Source: Octopus vulgaris (Eukaryota). From it: a stretch of DNA of 64,000 nucleotides. Location of the stretch: assembly GCA_951406725.2 (NCBI GenBank), contig OX597817.1:122264001-122328000 (forward strand), given 5' to 3'. The position numbers and the translations under genes are program-made. Under the pieces are notes generated by a model, which saw only the letters and a list, made by a program, of their open reading frames with translations, did no database searches and was not told the origin of the DNA. Of this stretch, positions 55,189 through 64,000 are shown one piece after another; positions within the stretch are counted from its first letter, which is position 1, and every line of letters starts with the position of its first letter.

Positions 55189-55628
55189 ACCATTATATAT
55201 CAATGAATATATACATAAAAATGCACCGTTTCCAACAATGTTCATCACCGGTATAGTTAGTTGCAGTAGCTCATTTATTTTTAGATGGGTCATACAAGAT
55301 GTTATAATGAATTACATTTCACCAGTACTAGTCACTGAGTGATCTTGTAATAGAAATAAAGGAATCCAGCATAGTCACATTGACTATCCTGCAGAAGTAC
55401 AGATACTTTGGAGCATGCAGGGAAACAGTATTCTTCTGTTTTACAGCTCACATGGGGAAAAGAAACATAGAGGAAAGGAGGCATAGCATCTAAACCCATC
55501 CCATCATCAGCCATAGTTTCTGATTCTCATTTCCATCAATGACTGATAGTGAATTTCTTTCCCCATACTATCTTTTGGTAAATCATATCTGTAGGAGAGT
55601 ATTACACCAATGTACAAAATGAAAAAGC

Positions 55629-55775
55629 TATTTCTTTACTACCCACAAGGAGCTAAACACAGAGAGGACAAACAAGGACAGACAAATGGATTAAGTCGAT
55701 TATATCGACCCCAGTGCGTAACTGGTACTTATCTAATTGACCCCACAAGGATGAAAGGCAAAGTCAACCTTGGCG
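55629..55775 (-). mobile_element. SINE family B, 5'-truncated
   Basis: Reverse complement of the unit type ending gggtagtaaagaaata. Confidence 0.85.
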
Positions 55776-56772
55776 AGTGAAAAACCATTAACATTGTTGA
55801 GATATATTTTGCTTCAGCTTCTTTCCTTTTAGCTTGGCAAAAGAGAGTAATTTTTGTGATGTACCTAATGTTCATGACTTAAAATTTGCTGACAATTACT
55901 TATCATCACTGATTGTTATAAATCTCTTCATCATGTATTTTTAATGGTTGTTAACTCACTGAGTGAGTATGACAGCCACTGTATATAAATGTGTGTATGT
56001 GTGTGTGTGTGTGTGTGACTGTACTTGCCAACTAAAGGCAACTCCTAAGCAGTAGGGGAAGATAATACTAACAATCAAAGAACAACATATTGAGTGATTA
56101 CCAGGCAAGAGAAGAAATGTGTTGATCTTTACTACAGTTAAGTCAAAGTTGTTCATATATTTTGATCTGAGAGATCACATCAGTATTATATAGCACATTA
56201 TATGCATATCGTCTCAACTTGCTCGTTACTCAGTAATTGCAGTTTTAAGCACAGAAAAAAGACTTAGGTACTTTTTGGGGGCTGAGGTAATTTGCATCAT
56301 CTTCTCAGTTTTCTCTCAAGTTCAAGCAAAGCAATCCCCAAATTTCTTTCTGAACAGCCTGCACAGAGGATTTGTTCATAGTCATCAATAGTTATTGCTA
56401 TACATAAAATCATTCCCTACATCAAATCAACATAGTCTGTACTGGTGCATAGAGTGCCACACGTCAGGTGTCAAAGTGATCACAGAGCAATGAGAAATGA
56501 ATCATGTGGCTCAAGAACACAATGCACTGCCTGATCCAGGGACTGAAACCACAATCTTACCCTCATCGCTAGGCCACAAGATACAATATATGAACATGAG
56601 CAAGAACTTATCAAAGACTAAAAGATTTTACAAGTCCCTTCGTCGAAATATGTCTAAAAATTCACATAATTCATAAGAAAAGAAACTTAGAGAAATAACT
56701 GAAGATGGCTAATGGCATGATTTTGGATAATTCATGACATTACTCCTTTTCAGTTATTTCTCTAAGATTGAA

Positions 56773-56950
56773 GTGGATGTGTGGTGAGAAGCTTACTTCC
56801 CTACCACATTGTTCTGTGTTTAGTCCCACTGTGTGGCACATTGGGTAAGCGTCTTCTACTATAGCCTCACTCAACCCGACCAAAGCTTTGTGAGTGGATT
56901 TGGTAGACAGAAACTGAAAGAAGCCTGTCGTATATATATGTGTGTGTGTT
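56773..56950 (+). mobile_element. SINE family A, 5' half
   Basis: agtcccactgtgtggcacattgggtaagcgtcttctactatagcc..gaagcctgtcgtata. Confidence 0.8.
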
Positions 56951-57017
56951 ATATATATATATATATATATATATAGTAAACACATAAATGTGAAACAAGG
57001 TAGTATATATAGTGGTA

Positions 57018-57065
<48 letters not shown>

Positions 57066-57404
57066 AAAGAAATGGACTTGTTTGATTGGGATGTAAACAC
57101 ATAAATGTGAAACAAGGTGGTTTTTTTATATATATACATATATTTTGAAAAAGAGTACTCAAATACCAGTGGTAGAGTAATAAACTCCAAACCACTAATA
57201 GTTGCAATTCTAATAGTTGCTCTTTCTAGTGAGTTGAATGTCCTATTATGGCCATTCCTTATATATTTGAATGTATATTATATAGTCTATTGACTATTTT
57301 TTCTTTCTCATTTGACCGCTGGTAGCGGAGAATTTTTCTAGAATATTTTGCTACCCTAAAATTTATTAATATATATATATATATGTGTGTATATATATAT
57401 ATAT

Positions 57405-57602
57405 ATAAATAATATTTTTATAAACAAACACGAAAGGCTTTGCAAGTTACAGAGAGAAAGTTACTATGGAAGGCTCATAGTATAATTATGATATATATTA
57501 TACACAGTTATCATACAGATATTATACTATGAGCCTTCCATAGTAGCTTTCTCTCCATAACTCACAAAGCCTTTTGGGTTTGTTTGTAAAAATGTTATTT
57601 AT
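57405..57602. repeat. Foldback: 82-bp inverted arms with a 34-bp spacer
   Basis: 57405-57486 versus the reverse complement of 57521-57602; about 9 mismatches. Confidence 0.9.
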
Positions 57603-57631
57603 GAAGTATTCAGACAGTTTAAGTATTTTTT

Positions 57632-57955
57632 TAAGACCCCCTTCGGACACTGACCATGGGTTTGCACCTAGAGAGTTACTCTCTGAGGCATGAGTCTGGG
57701 CAAGGTTGTTTCATGGAAGACCAGCAGTCGCCCATGCATACCGGCCTCCCCTCTCCACGTCACCGATGTTGTCCAAGGGAAATGCAAGGGCCAATACAGC
57801 TTGGCACCTGTGACGTCGCAACTCATTTCTACAGCTGAGTGAACTGGAGCAACGTAAAATAAAGTGTCTTGCTCAAGAACACAACACGCAGCCCGGTCCG
57901 GAATTCGAGCTCACAACCTCACGATCGTAAGCTCGATGCTCTAACCACTGAGCCA
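57632..57955 (-). mobile_element. tRNA-derived SINE with CORE-like module and a distinct tail
   Basis: Minus strand reads tggctcagtggttagagc..ttgtgttcttgagcaagacactttattttacgttgctccagttcactcagctg. Shares the CORE with the 18867 copy; possible aagtat TSD. Confidence 0.8.
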
Positions 57956-58168
57956 AAGTATATATTAACTAAATTTGACTGAAATTGATGGATGAGCGTT
58001 TGGCCAATCAGATTCACAAGGAGCCATGACAGTTCGATTCTGCCTGATGTTAGCTCATCATTTTTTGGTCATTTGTTTATATTTAAAAATTGTCGCTTTA
58101 AAATCGGAGATTAAATATCATTATGATATATATTATATACAGTTATTGTATATATATATATATATATA

Positions 58169-58675
58169 CACAGAGTGTGATGGGTAAATGGTCACCATTT
58201 CATATTTTTTATTTCGTGCATGTGCATTGTTTGATTTTGATTTTGTCAACTACACAGTATAGTAGAGTCAGTTGGGTACTGTCTGTGAGAAAAACAGGAT
58301 CATGACACAGTTCACTCAGCTAGAAATTTGCTGTACTGTTTGGCATTCACACTGAAGGCTCCAATACAAACATTTCAGAGTGCCTGTGTGGCAATCTGAG
58401 GACATGTACCAAGAGTGATAAAAATCAAACATCCAGTCAACATCTGGCAGTGTTATGCATCCATCCATCTTCCCACATGTCCTTACACACACATACCTGG
58501 AGGAGGCAGTGCTGCCCTGAGTCAAAAGGGTGGCTGCTGGAAGACCTTATGTCTGGCAACAGGATTCTGCACCATGCCACACAAGCAGGAGAACCCAGTC
58601 GTGGTTATAAGACAATTTCTGCGACAACATCATCCCTAACATCTAGCCACCGAACTCCCCAGACTGCAACCTCCT
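58169..58675 (+). mobile_element. Tc1/mariner superfamily (maT/DD37D-like) transposase remnant
   Basis: From 58494: YLEEAVLP*VKRVAAGRPYVWQQDSAPCHTSRRTQSWL*DNFCDNIIPNI*PPNSPDCN. Confidence 0.85.
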
Positions 58676-58785
58676 TTAAGGTGGTGCTTCATCATGGTTA
58701 CAGTCAAGTGAGTGTAAGAAATAAAAGAAGAAAAGAAAATGTATATATATGGGTGTATGTATGCATACGTATATATATATGTGTG

Positions 58786-58832
<47 letters not shown>

Positions 58833-58843
58833 GTATGTATGTT

Positions 58844-59135
58844 AAAATAACATTTGAGCAAGGTCATTACCAGTGCCGCTGGACTGGCTCCTGTGCAGGT
58901 GGCACATAAAAAATACCATTTGAGCAAGGCCACTGCCAGTACTGCCTGACTGGCCCTCGTGCTGGTAACACGTAAGAGCACCCACTACACTTTCAGAGTG
59001 AAGGGCATCCAGCTGCAGAAACTCTGCCAGATCAGATTGGAGTCTGGTGCAGCCATCTGGCTTGCCAGTTCTCAGTCAAATCGTCCAACCAATGCCAGCA
59101 TGGAAAGCGGACATTAAACAATGGCGATGATGATG
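58844..59135 (+). mobile_element. Family C retroposon
   Basis: Two catttgagcaagg modules, gaagggcatccagctg and a (GAT)n tail. Confidence 0.8.
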
Positions 59136-59601
59136 TTTATACATGTGTGTGTACAAATAAATCTATATACAAAGACGATTCTATGACATCAACATGCTCT
59201 AAACAGTTCCATATATGACAGCATATATCTAGAATGCATGAATCCACACAACAAAGGAAAACGTATTTTAAATAGCTTTTTTTGTTATCGTTATTATTTT
59301 GCTTGATGCCAATGTTGTTACAGTGCTGTTTCATCGTGTACTTTTTCTTGTGTTCTTTGTATTTATGTTACAAAATGAATAAATAAAAAAAGTAATATAA
59401 AATAAAAGTGAGTAAAATAGAACATAGGGAGACAGGAAAAAAAAAAGCTTGAGAGAAAGCAATTAATTTCCAAAATGCAAATTTTCTAATGATTTCAAGT
59501 TTCAGTAGGAAATGGAGAATATAAACACAAAAAACAAACTTCAAAGAGAAATATTCTTTCCTGAAATATATGCAGATGGCTTAGATTTTTACCTGAATTT
59601 G

Positions 59602-59639
<38 letters not shown>

Positions 59640-59769
59640 ATGTATATGTTTATATATGTATAAATATAAGTACATGTGTGTATACATGTGTATATGTGCG
59701 TCTATGTTTATATATTATGTATATATGTAGATGTGTGTATGTATGTGTGTATATATATATATATAGTGC

Positions 59770-59826
<57 letters not shown>

Positions 59827-60280
59827 TAGATAGATAGATAGATAGACAAATAGATAGATGTATAGATAAATAAATAGATAGATAGATAGATAGATAAACA
59901 CACATGTAAATAGACACACACACACATGCATATATTGTGATTCTCTCCAAAATGCTTGGAGTCGGTGATTTTAGCAGATATAACAATATACATATGATCT
60001 TTTGTGACCTGCTGCAATGTGTGCACACAACATGCCATTATTTGTATCCTGTCATTTTGATGATGAGACTAATAAAACCACAAAATATTAATGGATTTAA
60101 AAAGGCTATTTTCCCAGAAAACCATAAAGGACTAATAATGGAATATGAACTATCTTTAATAAAATAGATTAAAATTGAACATAGTTAGGTAGCCTTTGAC
60201 TTTTCCTTTCCAAAAGGGTTTTTCAACCCATTATTTGCCTGATTTTCATGCTATTATGTGTAGCTTTATTTACTTCTATA

Positions 60281-60593
60281 GTGGAGGCGCAATGGCCCAG
60301 TGGTTAGGGCAGCAGACTCATGGTCGGAGAATCGCGGTTTTGATTCCCAGACCGGGCGTTGTGTGTGTTTATTGAGCAAAAACACCTAAAAGCTCCACGA
60401 GGCTCTGGCAGGGTGTGGTGGCGACCCCTGTTGAACTCTTTCGCCACAACTTTCTATCACTCTCTCTTCCTGTTTCTTCAGTAATGCTGTGATGGACTGG
60501 TGTCCCGTCCAGCTGGGGGGAACATACACACCACAGAAACTGGCAAACCAGGTCCATGATCCTAGCTAGGCTTGAAATGGGTGATATTTATCG
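60281..60593 (+). mobile_element. tRNA-derived SINE family E with perfect 15-bp TSD
   Basis: TSD ttatttacttctata at 60266-60280 and 60594-60608. Head and body as at 49903; tail as at 18867. Confidence 0.9.
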
Positions 60594-60819
60594 TTATTTA
60601 CTTCTATATCTAATTTCCAAAAGGAATCATGTACATGCATACATACATCCATATTTCACTTAGGCATTGTGAGACTAATAGCCTGGTGTAGAACTCAATA
60701 AACGTATACTTCTAAACAATGTTAGTTGAGTACACACCAGTAATAAGGAAAGCATTGATAAAGAAATAAAGAATTACAAATGATTAATTGTAAGCTAATG
60801 ACATTCATAAAATAATTGT

Positions 60820-61021
60820 TTGTCATCCACATGTTATATACCCACTACAGAAATACGTTGTACTGAAATCGGGAAGCTAGTCAACAGATTTAAAAAAAAA
60901 AAGTTTGTTATTCAATATTCAATATAGAAATAAACTTTTTTTTTTAAATTCTATTGACTAGCTTCCCGATTTCAGTACAATGTATTTCTGTAGTGAGTAT
61001 ATAATATGTGGAAATTGACAA
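60820..61021. repeat. Foldback/MITE with ~87-bp inverted arms
   Basis: tccacatgttatatacccactacagaaatacgttgtactgaaatcgggaagctagtcaa pairs with the ~60953-61012 segment. Confidence 0.9.
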
Positions 61022-61082
61022 CTTAAAAGTCTGTTATCAGCATATTGGCATAGAAATAATTTTCTTTTGCTATTATGAGTTG

Positions 61083-61124
<42 letters not shown>

Positions 61125-61496
61125 AGTATTTATGCATATATAAGTATTTATGTATATATACATGAACTAACGATATATGTATACTCAAAAAACTTTGGAG
61201 CAGCAATGTATTTTTTAGGAAGTTAACTATTCATAGAGTAACCATTGGTTTCATACCTATAAGGCACTTGGCTGTACAGGTGACTTACCAGATTCAAATG
61301 GCTGAAAATGCATAACTCTTCTACAAGTGGAGAAAGATATATGTCACAGTCAATTGCTATGGCATATTTCTTCCTCCAGTTGTAGAGAGGTTATGTGCCT
61401 TTGGCCTTTTGAGGCTGATGAATTACCTTCTATGGCTAAGTGCTTAATAGGTGTAAAACGAATGGTCACTCTATGATCGACCATAATCAACTTCCT

Positions 61497-61539
<43 letters not shown>

Positions 61540-61541
<2 letters not shown>

Positions 61542-61739
61542 CAAAATAAGCAACAAGGATATCCAGAGGTAATGCAGTACGATCGTTTCATGTGACTCCA
61601 TTTAATTGAACAATGAAAATATTACATCAATTTATAATGTAGAGCAATCTTCAGTTGCATAAACATATAGAATTTAGTTAAATTCGAATGAAATGATCGT
61701 AGTGCATTACTTCTGGATATCCTTGTTGCTTATTTTGAT
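61540..61739. mobile_element. Foldback of Penelope-like termini (52-bp arms)
   Basis: atcaaaataagcaacaaggatatccagaggtaatgcagtacgatcgtttcat versus the reverse complement of 61688-61739; 3 mismatches. Confidence 0.8.
61572..61660 (-). ncRNA. Candidate type I hammerhead ribozyme
   Basis: Minus strand: AUGCA-A CUGAAGA [long imperfect stem II] GAAAC-GAUC-GUA C-UGCAU. Core intact, 5-bp stem I, palindromic stem III. Confidence 0.5.
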
Positions 61740-62040
61740 TATAATCACCCTATTTTGAATTATATGGAAAACACCATGCTAAATTCTGGTGCCTTTAACT
61801 TAAGTACCATATTCAAATGAATCTAAATTTTACTGAACTTATATATATGTGTGTGTGTTTGTGTGTGTGAATGTATGTAAGTACGTACATACATATATAT
61901 ATATATGTATGTATATATATATATATATATGAATGTATGTACATACGTACATACATACATTCATACATACACATATACATATATATATATATATATGAAT
62001 GTATGTATGTACATACACATATTCATACATACATACACAT

Positions 62041-62096
<56 letters not shown>

Positions 62097-63120
62097 ACAA
62101 CTTGTATTACTTGTATTATTACCAATCTCGTAAACCAATATTGCCTTATGTGTTTTACTGCTATTCTTTGCTTATTGCTAATCTGTTCTCTGTATCTTAC
62201 CTATTTCGATATCCTTCTCATTCCCATCATGCTCTCAAGCCAAATCAGCTTAGTCTCTGTCTAGATGTAGTTCTGTTACAGTCACTAACACTTGACCAAT
62301 CCCACTTTGATTTCTCTGCACATTTATAACATAAATGTTTCTTTAGTTAGTAATCTTAATTATATATCTTTAAAGGCTTCCGTATTTTCTGACATTATTG
62401 ACATTTGATATTTCTACACAGTCTGTCTAAAAAAATTGTTCATTCTAAATTACTTTAATCACTTGAAATCATATTAACTCATTTTAAATCTTAAACTGTT
62501 TTTTAAAATTTTGTATTTAAAATCTAATCATTATATCCATTTTACAAAAAGATTAAATTATTTTAATTGATTATAATTTGTAAATAGTTATAAATGTATA
62601 AATCTGACTATATCATTCATTAAAAAATCATTAAAATATTCTATACACCTTCTTCTAGAAATATTGAATATCTTAATGGGGTTGTAGATAACTGATGACT
62701 TGCTGTACTATTGATCCCTTACCATCATTTCTTCTTCCATTTACACTACTTACAACACTCTACAATCATTCCCCATTCTTTACTTCTTTCTCATCCCCTG
62801 TAAGCTTATCTACTTTCACTTTCATATTTTCCCCTCACTATCCAATTATCCTTCTTCCTTCTAGCGCATCTTTCTCTGTTCTGTTTTCTCTACCTGCTTA
62901 TTCTTCTCTTCTATCTCTATCTTGTGTTAGTGTCTGTCCTTTCTCCTGGTCTGATCACTTAACCTCTGTTTTTCCTACAACCACTCACTTTCCTTTTATA
63001 TAACAGCCCACTTTCCTACTTTCTATTCTTCCATTTATATGTTCCTTTTCTAATCTCTCACTTCCACCCAATATATTTTAATAGTTTTCTTTATCCATTT
63101 CTCATTACTTTAACATCTTT

Positions 63121-63447
63121 CTTGTATAACTGGCATTTCCAGGATATAGTGCTTTAAGGACTCACAGGTCTAAGTATGGACCATGTAAGGTCGTATTTTG
63201 TCTTCACTTCCTTAAGCCTCCAAATAAAATCAGCCAGTGATGTTACATGTCATTTAAGGATATTTCAAAAGCTGGCAATGTTGCAGTATCGATTTTGAAA
63301 AAAATCAGCCACTGCCCCAATATATACATAGGGCCTTCCTCTAGTGTTTATAGTGCACTTGTAAACCACGCTCTTAGTGATACATTGGTTATCCAATGGA
63401 CAATTGGGTCTATCTCTGCATGAGCATAATTGTTTGATTTTGTTGGC
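63121..63447 (-). pseudogene. Penelope-like (Neptune-type) GIY-YIG endonuclease remnant
   Basis: Single frame LCSCRDRPNCPLDNQCITKSVVYKCTINTRGRPYVYIGAVADFFQNRYCNIASF*NILK*HVTSLADFIWRLKEVKTKYDLTWSILRPVSP*STISWKCQL: a Cys-rich linker, then VVY..YIG..F..RY. Three stops, two explicable as CGA>TGA. Confidence 0.85.
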
Positions 63448-63764
63448 TTGTGTACGTCAAGCACTGAAGGGATTGGTTCTGTTTGGTATGTTGGTTGTCA
63501 AAATTATATTTGTATCATCACAAGGTGTTCTCAGTTTGAGATATCTCAGAAACAGCTGTAAGACTTTGAATTTATGACTTGAGATGTTTATCTTGCTTTA
63601 ACACTTTTTCCTCTTTAACTATTATGTATCCGCTTTATTGGAAATTTATGATGGTTTAATAACTCCCATCTCGGCTATGACCTTGGAGCCCTGATAACCC
63701 GTTACAGCACTTATTCAGCTTACCTAATCGTTTAGATCACCTGTGAATTAAACCCCTATATTTT

Positions 63765-63806
<42 letters not shown>

Positions 63807-64000
63807 ATCACTAGTTCATATATCTGAAAAAGAAGTACATTCTAAACCATTAGAGTAGTAATATTTGGAAGGTTGTATATTATATCTGGTCAGAAAGTGA
63901 CTATTAGTTTCACACCTATAAGACAATTAACTGTATAGGCTCTCAACAATTGGAGCTCCAGTCGTATAGAGCTGATGTGCCACTGGCCATTTGAGTCTAA

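Larger units (their letters stand above)
54492..56652 (+). repeat. 72-bp dispersed direct repeat (54492-54563 and 56581-56652)
   Basis: atacaatatatg.acatgagcaagaacttatcaaa.actaaaag.ttttacaagtccctt.gtcgaaatatg, 4 mismatches. Confidence 0.85.

Overview
AT-rich, repeat-dense eukaryotic non-coding DNA (intronic or intergenic). I infer an octopod cephalopod (Octopus-like) from the tRNA-derived SINE families and the extreme (TA)n/(AAT)n/(TCTA)n/(GAT)n load; this rests on my recall of those families, not a search. I found no intact host protein-coding gene: the ORF track is mostly microsatellite read-through plus decayed transposon frames. Supportable content: a young non-autonomous Helitron (515-1026); three RTE-clade LINE fragments, one with a PHD-like finger inside the RT; an R4/Dong-type RLE LINE end with a (TAA)n tail; mariner and maT-like remnants; TTAA/piggyBac-type MITEs; several foldbacks; many modular SINEs with clear TSDs and nested insertions; and a Penelope (Neptune-type) GIY-YIG endonuclease pseudogene (63121-63447). 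The most interesting pattern is a dispersed set of Penelope-type minimal hammerhead-ribozyme motifs whose stem III is a different palindrome in each family. Also notable are a 112-bp TG...CA element with a 5-bp TSD and a candidate minus-strand recursive splice site. Family labels A, B, C and E are my own working names.
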